Assembly: GCA_963713955.1 (NCBI GenBank)
Contig: OY970216.1
Span: 637,483 to 701,482, forward strand
DNA: 64,000 nucleotides
Direction of reading: 5' to 3'
DNA from: an uncultured bacterium
GTDB taxonomy: Bacteria; Patescibacteriota; Minisyncoccia; UBA6257; GWB1-50-10
Shown: piece after piece, positions 54,490 to 63,257 of the stretch
How the letters are laid out: every line of letters begins with the position of its first letter
Position numbering within the stretch: position 1 is the stretch's first letter
Position numbers and translations under genes: made by a program
The notes under the pieces: model-generated
What the model saw: the letters and a program-made list of their open reading frames with translations, nothing else
Database searches by the model: none
What the model was told of the DNA's origin: nothing

Positions 54490-54924
54490 ATGGCCACTCG
54501 CCATTTGATCAGATCGATAGTTCTTCAGTCACTCTATGAGTGGGACTTCTACAACAAGAAGACCGATCTCACGGCGATCATGCAAAGGAATCTCGAGGAG
54601 TTCGGGCCGGGAATCGACGAGCCGGAATTTGCCTGGCGGCTCCTCAAGGGCATCATCGACCATCTCCCTCAGATAGACGAACTTATAAAAACGTACGCGA
54701 GCGAATGGCCAATAGACCAAATAGCCATCGTGGATCGAAATATATTGAGAATCGGGCTTTACGAACTACTCTACGCCAATAAAGAAGAGGTGCCGCCGAA
54801 GGTAGCCATCAATGAGGCCATCGAAGTAGCCAAAAACTACAGCGGGCAGAACTCGCCGCGTTTCATCAACGGCGTTTTGGGAACCGTTTACAAGGAACTG
54901 GAGGAAGGAAAGATATCCAGATAA
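54490..54924 (+). CDS. nusB: Transcription antitermination factor NusB
   Basis: [13 protein letters not shown].., ..[25 protein letters not shown]. Confidence 0.8.
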   Translation: MATRHLIRSIVLQSLYEWDFYNKKTDLTAIMQRNLEEFGPGIDEPEFAWRLLKGIIDHLPQIDELIKTYASEWPIDQIAIVDRNILRIGLYELLYANKEEVPPKVAINEAIEVAKNYSGQNSPRFINGVLGTVYKELEEGKISR

Positions 54925-55077
54925 GATTCGGTAAGTCGAAAAAGTGTGCGCTCCGGGGCGCTAGGCCAGAGTCTTCTTTTGGCGAGCGAGGAGCAAAACG
55001 AGAGTTTCTTACTATCGCTTTGTCCGAGCGATGGCAAAAAGAGCGAAGCTCTACCCACTTTTTCGCCTTCCCGAATC
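54925..55077. repeat. Nested-palindrome repeat family A copy 2 (MITE-like, 24-nt TIRs, ~80-nt internal insertion relative to copy 1), overlapping the 3' end of tmk
   Basis: gattcggtaagtcgaaaaagtgtgcgctccggggcgctaggccagagtctt...cccactttttcgccttcccgaatc. Confidence 0.6.
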
Positions 55078-55773
55078 TTTTCTTAAGAGGCGGAGTTGTA
55101 CTTTTTCCCACACGAGTTCGTGTATTTCGGGGACAGTCATAAGCCGCCCCTTTTTGACACATTCTATCAAAGTAAAATCCTTCGGGAACATTTTTACCAT
55201 TTCGAGGTACGTACGTTCGGCCTGCCTTAAGTGGGAGATATCTTTTTCGTGGATATCCCTCATTTTGCCGCCCAAATACTCACGGGATCTTTTCCTGCCA
55301 ATGAGATCGTAGGCGATCTCGGCCGGCACGTGAAGTATGATCGAGAGATCGGGCTTCGGGATGCCCATGATCCCGTATTCGAAATCGTAAACCCAGTGCA
55401 GAAATCTTTTTCTCTCCACCCTGTTCCCTACCTTGGCGCCTTGGTGGCCCATGTTAGAAGGAACATATCGGTTGGAAACGACGACGTGGCCGGACGAGAC
55501 CCATTTTCTTATTTTTGGTCCGACGTCGAATCGATCGAGGCCGTAAAAAATAGATGCCCGATAGGGGCCGACATCGCGCCAACCTCCATAGGAGCCGTTC
55601 AGATACCGTTCCACGAAAAAAGCCGACGGTTTCCCGTACTGCGGAAAGTCGAATGTCGCCGTCTTGAAACCTTCGGATTTAAGCCTTTTCAAGAGGAGGT
55701 CAAATTGTTTGCTTTTGCCGGAGCCATCGATGCCCTCGAGAACTAAAAACTTTCCTCTTCGCATGGCCTTCAT
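55051..55773 (-). CDS. tmk: Thymidylate kinase
   Basis: Start at MKAMRRGKFLVLEGIDGSGKS (P-loop); the last ~9 codons lie inside repeat A. Confidence 0.75.
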   Translation of the reverse strand: MKAMRRGKFLVLEGIDGSGKSKQFDLLLKRLKSEGFKTATFDFPQYGKPSAFFVERYLNGSYGGWRDVGPYRASIFYGLDRFDVGPKIRKWVSSGHVVVSNRYVPSNMGHQGAKVGNRVERKRFLHWVYDFEYGIMGIPKPDLSIILHVPAEIAYDLIGRKRSREYLGGKMRDIHEKDISHLRQAERTYLEMVKMFPKDFTLIECVKKGRLMTVPEIHELVWEKVQLRLLRKDSGRRKSG

Positions 55774-55833
55774 TATAGCACAAGAAGAGAGACTCCCGAG
55801 CGCCTTCAATGCTCAGGAGTCATAGAAATAAAC

Positions 55834-55921
55834 GAGCTCAGTAATCCCGCGAAGGCTAAGACTTGGGCGTCGCCCCGGAGACTGCCTGAGCGGGAATACT
55901 GAGCGAGTTGATTTAATCAAC
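55834..55921. repeat. Repeat family B copy 2 (inverted) plus gttgatttaatcaac palindrome overlapping the rplK stop; terminator-like
   Basis: gagctcagtaatcccgcgaaggctaagacttgggcgtcgccccggagactgcctgagcgggaatactgagcgag. Confidence 0.55.
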
Positions 55922-56338
55922 TACCTCTATACCCATGTTCTTCGCGGTGCCGGCAATAATCTTTATCGCAGCCTCAATATTGTTGGCGTTCAGATCAATC
56001 ATCTTTTTCTCGGCGATCTTTTTCAAATCTTCGCGTGTCACTTTCCCAACCGACTTGCGGCCGGGTTCCGCAGAAGCCTTATCGATGCCCGCAGCTTTTT
56101 TGAGAAGCGCGGAAGCCGGCGGCGTCTTTAGCTTGAATTCAAAAGACCGGTCCTCGTAGATTGTGATCTCCGCAGGAATCACGTCCCCCTTCATGTCCTT
56201 CGTCGCTTCGTTGAACTGCTGGCAAAAAGCTCCAATATTCACGCCGTGTTGTCCCAAGGCCGGTCCTATGGGAGGCGACGGATTCGCTTCTCCAGCCTTT
56301 ATTTGAAGTTTCAAGACTGTTTTTATCGGTTTCGCCAT
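55913..56338 (-). CDS. rplK: 50S ribosomal protein L11
   Basis: [35 protein letters not shown]. Confidence 0.9.
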   Translation of the reverse strand: MAKPIKTVLKLQIKAGEANPSPPIGPALGQHGVNIGAFCQQFNEATKDMKGDVIPAEITIYEDRSFEFKLKTPPASALLKKAAGIDKASAEPGRKSVGKVTREDLKKIAEKKMIDLNANNIEAAIKIIAGTAKNMGIEVVD

Positions 56339-56346
56339 AGTATAGC

Positions 56347-56901
56347 TTATAGTTTCCTTACCTGGAGCGAGTCCAACTCGACGACCGTGTCCCTCCCGAA
56401 TATCGGCACGAGGACTTTGATTCTCCCCCGTTCTTCGTCTATTTCCGAAATTTTTCCTTCTTGATCCTTGAATGGACCGTCTGTAATTTTTACCATTTCA
56501 TCAACCTTAAAGTCAACCTTAAATTTCGGCTCTTGGCCGCCCATTCTCAGCATGAGTTCGGCAACCTCATCCTTGGAGAGGGGCGTCGGCTTGGTCGAGT
56601 CTGCACCCACAAACCCGGTAACGCGCGGTGTGTTCCTGACCACGTACCAGGAATCGTTGTCGAGAGTCATATGCACAAGAACGTAACCCGGATAGATTTT
56701 TTCCTCAGTCTTTTGCCTCTTTCCATTTTTCACTTTTATTTTAACTTCCTTCGGGACCACAACGTCGAAAATCTTGTCGTTCATGCCGAGCGAAGATATT
56801 CTCTGTTTCAGATACTTGGCCACCGCATCTTCATAACCGGAATAGGTATGCACTGCGTACCACGCCTTGGTTTTTTTGGTTGTTTCTCTTTCTTGTTCCA
56901 T
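56347..56901 (-). CDS. nusG: Transcription termination/antitermination factor NusG
   Basis: [17 protein letters not shown] domain + C-terminal KOW. Confidence 0.9.
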   Translation of the reverse strand: MEQERETTKKTKAWYAVHTYSGYEDAVAKYLKQRISSLGMNDKIFDVVVPKEVKIKVKNGKRQKTEEKIYPGYVLVHMTLDNDSWYVVRNTPRVTGFVGADSTKPTPLSKDEVAELMLRMGGQEPKFKVDFKVDEMVKITDGPFKDQEGKISEIDEERGRIKVLVPIFGRDTVVELDSLQVRKL

Positions 56902-56961
56902 GAACTTCTCTACGAAGTCAGTTTTCGTATATTCGTATTGTTTCGTATTTCGTAGCCATAA

Positions 56962-57147
56962 TTAAAACACTATCCTCTGCAAAACCTGCAAAAATACAAA
57001 ATCCAAAATACCCAGAAAAACAGAAAGGCCCACCGACAAACCTATGACGAAGAGAGTGTACCGGACGGTCTCTTCTCTCGTGGGCCAATTCACTTTTTTC
57101 AGTTCCTGCCTGGATTCCCTGAGAAAATTGGCTACCTTTTCGAACAT
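56962..57147 (-). CDS. secE: Preprotein translocase subunit SecE
   Basis: 61 aa; VNWPTREETVRYTLFVIGLSV single TM helix. Confidence 0.8.
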   Translation of the reverse strand: MFEKVANFLRESRQELKKVNWPTREETVRYTLFVIGLSVGLSVFLGILDFVFLQVLQRIVF

Positions 57148-57746
57148 GACAATACGTATAAATTACCACGAAAAGCGCCTTCGCGCAACACCCGGGGCTT
57201 TCCGCCAACGAGCGAAATGAGCGTCGATGATTTAGATACCAAATCGCCAACAGAAACGTAAAAATCGACGCCGTCGCCGAAATATTCTTTCGCCTCGCGC
57301 ACATTCTTCGCCGGCTTTTTGCCCTCCACATTGGCGCTCGGCGCAACGAGCGGCCCGGACCTCTTGAGCAGATTTCTCAACCAAACGGATCCCGGCATCC
57401 TGAACGCAAGAGTACTCCCACCTCTTTTCAGATAATCGAATTTCCCCGATTTCGATCTTAAAACGACACTCACGGGGCCCGGCCAAAGCTTTTTCAAAAT
57501 ATCTCCCTCCCGAACGCCGAGGCGAACGCCAAAAATCTTGAGATCGCCGAGGGAAGAAATAAGTATGATGAAAGGTTTGTCCGGTCTCCTCTTTCGGAGG
57601 ACGTAGATTCGCTCCACTGATCTTTCGAGGAACGCGGAACCTACAATCCCGTAGAGCGTGTCGGTGGGCAAAACGCCCACCGCCCCGCCCTTGAGGGAAA
57701 GTGCCAGATTAAGCGCGAGCTTCCTCGGTAAGCGGAGGTTTTTCAT
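57132..57746 (-). CDS. tsaC: L-threonylcarbamoyladenylate synthase (TsaC/YrdC/Sua5 family)
   Basis: GGAVGVLPTDTLYGIV, ..PGPVSVVL.., ..SANVEGKKPA. Confidence 0.8.
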   Translation of the reverse strand: MKNLRLPRKLALNLALSLKGGAVGVLPTDTLYGIVGSAFLERSVERIYVLRKRRPDKPFIILISSLGDLKIFGVRLGVREGDILKKLWPGPVSVVLRSKSGKFDYLKRGGSTLAFRMPGSVWLRNLLKRSGPLVAPSANVEGKKPAKNVREAKEYFGDGVDFYVSVGDLVSKSSTLISLVGGKPRVLREGAFRGNLYVLSCSKR

Positions 57747-58260
57747 TGTTCTTCTTCAAGAACAGAAACTTAAAAACCCAGAAAGTCAAAAATCCGACGA
57801 GAATGCCCGCAAGGATATCCGATGGCCAGCTCACCCCCACAAAGACATCCGCGATACTGCTCATGGAAGAGAAGATCAAAAACCATATGCCCCACTTCCT
57901 ATTGAGCGCAAGGAGAATCAGCGAAACGGCGAAGAAAAATGCGGCATGGCCGGAGGGAAATGAAAATCCGCCCCTCCCGACGAGCGGCGAAAAGCCAAGG
58001 GAGACAAAAGGTCTTGCCCGTGGTACGAAAAACTTCAAAACGGAAACGAGGACGTATCGCGAGACGATACCGGCAAAAACGAGATAAAGAAAAGCCGAAA
58101 CTTTTTCCTTCAAACCTTTCCTTTTGAAAATGAAAACCAGAAGGGCCGCTCCCAAAAGATACGGCAGATATTCCGCCATAAAAACCCCCGCGAAATCCAA
58201 TATGCCGGATATCCCCGCCGTCCCGTGTATGACATTGAAAAGTCCGGTGTCGAGGGGCAT
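57709..58260 (-). CDS. PAP2-family phosphatase (undecaprenyl-diphosphatase-like)
   Basis: SFPSGHAAF and SRVYLGVHWP-like VGVSWPSDILAG motifs; multi-TM. Confidence 0.75.
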   Translation of the reverse strand: MPLDTGLFNVIHGTAGISGILDFAGVFMAEYLPYLLGAALLVFIFKRKGLKEKVSAFLYLVFAGIVSRYVLVSVLKFFVPRARPFVSLGFSPLVGRGGFSFPSGHAAFFFAVSLILLALNRKWGIWFLIFSSMSSIADVFVGVSWPSDILAGILVGFLTFWVFKFLFLKKNNEKPPLTEEARA

Positions 58261-58266
58261 GTTCGC

Positions 58267-58476
58267 TTATTTTCTGACGAAGGGCATGAGACCCATCGCC
58301 CGCGCTTGCTTTATAGCCTTCGCGAGTCTCCGTTGGTGCTTGGCACAAACGCTCGTATGCCTTGGATCTATAATTTTGAGCTGGCTCGAAACGAACTTTC
58401 GGAGCGTCTCAACGTCCCGGTAATCTATGATTCGGGAATTTTGAGAACAAAAAAAACACTGTTTTTGCTGTTTCAT
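58267..58476 (-). CDS. rpsR: 30S ribosomal protein S18
   Basis: CFFCSQNSRIIDYRDVETLRKFVS..KIIDPRHTSVCAKHQRRLAKAIKQAR. Confidence 0.85.
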   Translation of the reverse strand: MKQQKQCFFCSQNSRIIDYRDVETLRKFVSSQLKIIDPRHTSVCAKHQRRLAKAIKQARAMGLMPFVRK

Positions 58477-58543
58477 CCTCTTGGAAAATTAAAACTTTTC
58501 GACAGTATACCTCCCCCGCGGCAAAAACTCAAGACAGAACTTC

Positions 58544-58996
58544 TTAAAACGGAATATCTTCAGTTTTTATCTCAGAATCCTCCAGATTGATCTCCGGCAA
58601 CTCCTCCTCTTTTACTTCATCGCTCGTGGAAGAATCACCGCGGCTCTCCGGCGCGGCAGCCCCGAAATTGGTCCGTTGCCCGAGTTGCATCCTCTCGGCG
58701 ATTATTTCCGTCGTCTTATGCTGAATTCCCTGCTTATCCTGCCAAGAACGCGTTTGGAGCCTTCCCTCAATCAAAACAGAACTGCCTTTTCTCAAAAACT
58801 GGTTAGCCACTTCGGCCTGTCTCCCCCAGAGCACGACGTTGTGAAACTCGGTCCTCTTCTGCTTCTGCCCGGATCGGTCTGAAAAGAAACTGTTGGTCGC
58901 GACTCCAAACGAGCAAACCGACTGCCCGCCGGGCGTTTGCCTGAGCTCAGGGTCCCTCGTCAGGTTCCCGAGAATGAACACTTTATTGAGATTCAT
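58544..58996 (-). CDS. ssb: Single-stranded DNA-binding protein
   Basis: MNLNKVFILGNLTRDPELRQTPGGQSVCSFGVATN OB fold; acidic C-terminus ending ..DIPF. Confidence 0.9.
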   Translation of the reverse strand: MNLNKVFILGNLTRDPELRQTPGGQSVCSFGVATNSFFSDRSGQKQKRTEFHNVVLWGRQAEVANQFLRKGSSVLIEGRLQTRSWQDKQGIQHKTTEIIAERMQLGQRTNFGAAAPESRGDSSTSDEVKEEELPEINLEDSEIKTEDIPF

Positions 58997-59107
58997 CCCG
59001 TTAGAAAATTAAACCGAATACATTTATCGATGCGACCTTCTTTCCCATTATAGCACTCCCGGGAAAACGATGAAATGCTCATAATTTTCCAACGGGATGA
59101 ACGGGTT

Positions 59108-59542
59108 TTAATTCAAAATTTCCTCGATCTTCTTTTCGAGGCTCTCATTGGTCAAAACGTCTTCTTCCTTTTTGCGAGCCGGCGACGGATAGGCAGCTCT
59201 CTCCCGGAACGATGAAAAGCCGCTTCTCGCGTTGTCGACGGTTTCCCTCGGGGGTGCCGCTTTCCTTTCATCCATACCCGTCACGGCGTATCGGAGAACC
59301 ATGTGATCAAGGTTCAGGGAATCCCCGATCTTCCGCACCGCTTCCGGACGGGAGGCAAAGGTCACATTCCCCAGAAAAGCGAAGCGTTCCTTTTTAATCG
59401 GGTAGGCGAGCTGCATCTTATGGATTTCTTTCTCCTCCAGAACGTCACATCCGTTCGCGCGGAGCACGTCCTTCACGGGTGCGCCGTTTTCTTCCTTCAG
59501 CCAGAAGGTTATTTCATATTTTTTCTTCTCGGTTTCTTCCAT
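59108..59542 (-). CDS. rpsF: 30S ribosomal protein S6 (with C-terminal extension)
   Basis: KKYEITFWLKEE..KEIHKMQLAYPIKK; sits in an rpsF-ssb-rpsR arrangement. Confidence 0.8.
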   Translation of the reverse strand: MEETEKKKYEITFWLKEENGAPVKDVLRANGCDVLEEKEIHKMQLAYPIKKERFAFLGNVTFASRPEAVRKIGDSLNLDHMVLRYAVTGMDERKAAPPRETVDNARSGFSSFRERAAYPSPARKKEEDVLTNESLEKKIEEILN

Positions 59543-59544
59543 AA

Positions 59545-61125
59545 TTATTTTTGAGGTTCTTCTTTGACTTCGCCACCTTGACCCCCTTCTTTCACGGTTA
59601 CGGTATCAGAAAGAGTAGGACCTGTCAATTGAATCCTTAATTCCTCAAGCTCTTCGGCGGGTATCTTCCGCACCCCCGTGCCGGCTGGTATCAACCTTCC
59701 AATGATCACGTTTTCTTTCAAGCCTCTCAAGTTATCCACTTTGCCGGAGACAGAGGCTTCAACTAAAACTCTCGCCGTTTCCTGGAAAGAGGCTGCGGAA
59801 AGGAAACTCTCCGTCCCAAGAGCGATTCTCGTTATGCCGAAAATTTTCTGCACTGCCCGCGGGGGTCTCTTTTTCGTTTTCTTCATCGCCCGCACGGCGC
59901 CGATGAACCGGGGTTTGCCGACTATTTCCCCCATCATGAACTCGGAATCGCCCGGATCCTTGACCACGACTTTGGAAAGCATTTGCTTCATCATTATTTC
60001 GACGTGCTTGTCGTTGATGACCGAACCCTGGGAAACATATATTTTCTGCACTTCGTTTATGACGTAATGGATCAAAGCATCGAGTCCCCGATAAGCCAGA
60101 ATCTCCCGTAAATCAAGCGGACCCTCATATATCTGATCTCCTTTTTTGACTGCATCCCCGACTTTGACCCTGATCCCGGCCCGCGGAGGAACCAGATATT
60201 CGTAAACGTTCGCATCTTTGGAGGAAGATTTCCTGCCTCTCCTCTTTGGTTTTGACGGTTTATTTTCCGAAACGGATATGACGGTCGAGAGCCCTCGCTC
60301 CGCTATGTCGGTTACCACCCCTTCCGCCCTCACGAGCGCAGCTTTGCCTTTCGGGACTCTCGCTTCAAAGACCTCTTCTATCCTCGGCAAGCCGTGGGTG
60401 ATGTCCGCACCCGCGATGCCGCCGATGTGGAACGTCCGGAGTGTAAGTTGGGTCCCCGGCTCGCCGATGGATTGGGCGGCTATCACACCGACCGCCTCAC
60501 CGATCTCAACTTTTTTGTTTCTGCCCAGATCCACGCCATAGCACGTAGCACAAACCCCGGAAAGAGATTTGCAGGTTATGGGCGATCTTACTTTGACCAA
60601 TTCCAGCTTGGAGTTGTGTATCTCCTTGGCCGCCTCCCTCGTAATCGACTCATTTGCTTTGACGACGACGCGCCGATCAATCCTTATATCTTCCAGCGCC
60701 GTCCTCGAAAAAATCCTCTCGGCAAAAGAATAACCGTACTCGTCGCCCTCGCTCCTCAAGATCTCGATGCCGCCCTTAGAGCCGCAATCATCCTCTCTCA
60801 CGAAAACATCCTGAGCAACGTCGACCAGCCTCCTCGTGAGATAGCCAGCCGCGGCGGTCTTCAAAGCCGTGTCAGTGGAGCCCTTTCTGGCTCCATGGGC
60901 ACTTATGAAATATTCAAGGACACTCAATCCTTCTTTGTACGAAGACTTAGCCGGCAACTCGATGGTTTCCCCGCGGACGTCTTGTATCAAACCTTTCATC
61001 CCGATCATCTGGATCATCTGCGACCAGCCGCCGCGGGATTTCGAATCCAGGATGAGATACAGAGGATTGTCTTCTTTCAAGGTAGCCGGCAAAACTTTGG
61101 CTATCCTCTCTCTGCATCGGTCCAA
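59545..61125 (-). CDS. rpoC: RNA polymerase beta' subunit, C-terminal segment (frame shifted relative to the upstream segment)
   Basis: ..GLSVLEYFISAHGARKGSTDTALKTAAAGYLTRRLVDVAQD.. The track ORF starts at a TTG inside the overlap. Confidence 0.85.
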   Translation of the reverse strand: MDRCRERIAKVLPATLKEDNPLYLILDSKSRGGWSQMIQMIGMKGLIQDVRGETIELPAKSSYKEGLSVLEYFISAHGARKGSTDTALKTAAAGYLTRRLVDVAQDVFVREDDCGSKGGIEILRSEGDEYGYSFAERIFSRTALEDIRIDRRVVVKANESITREAAKEIHNSKLELVKVRSPITCKSLSGVCATCYGVDLGRNKKVEIGEAVGVIAAQSIGEPGTQLTLRTFHIGGIAGADITHGLPRIEEVFEARVPKGKAALVRAEGVVTDIAERGLSTVISVSENKPSKPKRRGRKSSSKDANVYEYLVPPRAGIRVKVGDAVKKGDQIYEGPLDLREILAYRGLDALIHYVINEVQKIYVSQGSVINDKHVEIMMKQMLSKVVVKDPGDSEFMMGEIVGKPRFIGAVRAMKKTKKRPPRAVQKIFGITRIALGTESFLSAASFQETARVLVEASVSGKVDNLRGLKENVIIGRLIPAGTGVRKIPAEELEELRIQLTGPTLSDTVTVKEGGQGGEVKEEPQK

Positions 61126-63248
61126 ATGGTTATGATCCTGCTCTTCCGTTCCTCGAAGGTCAAAAGCCCTTCGTTGTACTGTTCTTCAACCACGCCAACT
61201 TTTTCCTCAGCTTCACTCAAGATCGTCTTTTTCTCTTCCGGCAAAATGGTATCAAGCATCCCCCACGTGACCGATGAAAGCGTCGAGTATTGGAAGCCGA
61301 GATCTTTTATCCTGTCGACGTATAACCTGCTTTCGTCGACGCTGTAGCGTTCTATGATCTTGCCGACGAGGCCTTTTAATCCCCCCTTATCGAGAACGGT
61401 ATTCACGAAACCGAAATCCGGAGGCAAGATAGCGTTGAAAATCAAGCGGCCATAGGATGTCTCGACAGGCTCGTTTTCCACCCGAATTTTAACCAGCGCG
61501 TTGATATCAACGATGCTGTTTTCATAAGCAAGTTCCAGCTCTCTGAAATCTGCGAAGATTTTCCCCTCTCCCTTGGCTCCCCTTTTTACGCGGGTCAGGA
61601 AGTAAATGCCCAAAATGACGTCGTTCGTCGGCGTCACAATGGGACCTCCATCGGCCGGCTTCAGGAGATTGTGGCCGGCATCCATGAGTTCCTTGGCTTC
61701 ATACTGAGCTTCAGCGGTCAAAGGCAAATGGACAGCCATTTGATCGCCGTCGAAATCGGCGTTGAACGCGGCGCAAACGAGGGGCGGAATCCTAATGGCC
61801 AAATCTTCTATGAGAAGCGGCTTGAAAGCTTGAATCCCCAGACGATGGAGTGTCGGCGCTCTGTTTAAGAGCACTCTCCTCGATTGAATCACCTCTTCGA
61901 GGATCGCCCACACCTCCGGAGGCCCCTGCTCGATGAGACGGTTCGCCTGTTTTATGTTAAACGCCAGACCCCGTTCTATTATCTTATTGATAATGAAGGG
62001 GCGGAAGAGTTCGATGGCCATGTTTTTGGGAAGACCGCACTCGTTGAGTTTCAGTTCGGGGCCGACCACGATGACCGATCTTCCAGAGTAGTCAACACGC
62101 TTGCCCAAGAGATTTTGGCGGAACCTGCCCTGTTTGCCCTTCAGCATGTCTGCCAGCGATTTGAGAGGCCTTCGCCGCGAAGACAAAAGCTGGCTTCCCA
62201 GCCTCGCCGTGTTGTCTATGAGAGCGTCGACCGCTTCCTGAAGCATCCTCTTTTCATTGACGATAATGACTTCGGGCGATTTGAGCTCCATGAGCTTTTT
62301 CAACCTGTTGTTCCTGTTGATGACGCGTCCATAGAGATCGTTCAAATCCGCCGTGGCGTAAAAACCGCCGTCCAAGACCACCATGGGCCGGAGTTCTGGC
62401 GGCAATACCGGCAAGACCGTCATCACCATCCATTCAGGCCTCACGTTCGCTTTCATCATCGAGCGCGCGAGTTTCAGGCGGAGTAGTATTTTTTTCTGTT
62501 TCAAGACATCGCCGGCTTCTTGAAGTTCCTTCTGGAGTTCTCTCGACAAAACCTTGAGATCCACCGTCTCCAAAATTTTCCGCACGGCTTCGGCTCCCTG
62601 CCCCGCTTCGAACACGTCGCCGAATTTATCCACCAGATTGTAATACTCATCCTGACTCAAGATGAGGCCGACTTTCAAAAGTGAAATGATTTCCTTCACT
62701 TCACTTTGCTTTTTCTTGAGTTCTTCCGTCTTAAAACCTTCGCCCTTCAGCTCCTTGAATTCCTTGGTAAGGCTGTCAAGAGCCCGCTTCTTGTTTTCCT
62801 CGTTGACTCTCGTCACGATGTACGCCGCGTAGTAAATCACCTTCTCAAGTTTCGGCTCGGAAATGTTCAAAACAAGGCTGAGCCGCGAGGGAACCGTTTT
62901 CAAAAACCATATGTGAGTCGTAGGCGTTGCGAGCTTGATGTGTCCCATTCGTTCCCGCCGAACCGACGAGTGGGTTACCTCGACTCCGCACTTCTCACAG
63001 ACGATGCCCTTGAACTTCACTTTCTTGTACTTGCCGCAGTAACATTCATAATCCCTCGTCGGCCCGAAGATTCTCTCCGAGAACAAACCGTCTTTCTCCG
63101 GACGTTGCGTCCGGTAGTTCAGGGTTTCTGGTTTGGTAACCTCTCCGTACACCGTGGAACCATCCGACCCCCGGTGAGCTGACCACTCGAGTATTCCCTC
63201 CGGCGAAGCCAGCTTGATGCCTATTCTTTTGATGTCATCTCTCGTCAT
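61101..63248 (-). CDS. rpoC: RNA polymerase beta' subunit, N-terminal segment (ends at a TAG created by a +1 frame shift in a GAGAGAG run)
   Basis: Zn-binding CYCGKYKKVKFKGIVCEKCGVEV, NADFDGDQMAVHLP catalytic motif; ends ..IWTDAERG* where homologs continue ..DR[VS]KAMM.. Confidence 0.85.
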   Translation of the reverse strand: MTRDDIKRIGIKLASPEGILEWSAHRGSDGSTVYGEVTKPETLNYRTQRPEKDGLFSERIFGPTRDYECYCGKYKKVKFKGIVCEKCGVEVTHSSVRRERMGHIKLATPTTHIWFLKTVPSRLSLVLNISEPKLEKVIYYAAYIVTRVNEENKKRALDSLTKEFKELKGEGFKTEELKKKQSEVKEIISLLKVGLILSQDEYYNLVDKFGDVFEAGQGAEAVRKILETVDLKVLSRELQKELQEAGDVLKQKKILLRLKLARSMMKANVRPEWMVMTVLPVLPPELRPMVVLDGGFYATADLNDLYGRVINRNNRLKKLMELKSPEVIIVNEKRMLQEAVDALIDNTARLGSQLLSSRRRPLKSLADMLKGKQGRFRQNLLGKRVDYSGRSVIVVGPELKLNECGLPKNMAIELFRPFIINKIIERGLAFNIKQANRLIEQGPPEVWAILEEVIQSRRVLLNRAPTLHRLGIQAFKPLLIEDLAIRIPPLVCAAFNADFDGDQMAVHLPLTAEAQYEAKELMDAGHNLLKPADGGPIVTPTNDVILGIYFLTRVKRGAKGEGKIFADFRELELAYENSIVDINALVKIRVENEPVETSYGRLIFNAILPPDFGFVNTVLDKGGLKGLVGKIIERYSVDESRLYVDRIKDLGFQYSTLSSVTWGMLDTILPEEKKTILSEAEEKVGVVEEQYNEGLLTFEERKSRIITIWTDAERG

Positions 63249-63257
63249 GGGTTTAAA

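Noticed and set aside
56902-56961. Possible tRNA between nusG and secE (the usual tRNA-Trp position)
   Set aside because: The sequence cgtat-repeat spacer has no acceptor or T-arm complementarity.
59545-63248. Interpreting the two rpoC ORFs as a natural rpoC1/rpoC2-type split
   Set aside because: The break falls inside a contiguous conserved block (IW..DR..KAMM). The two frames overlap, and a single-base change in a GA run restores one ORF.
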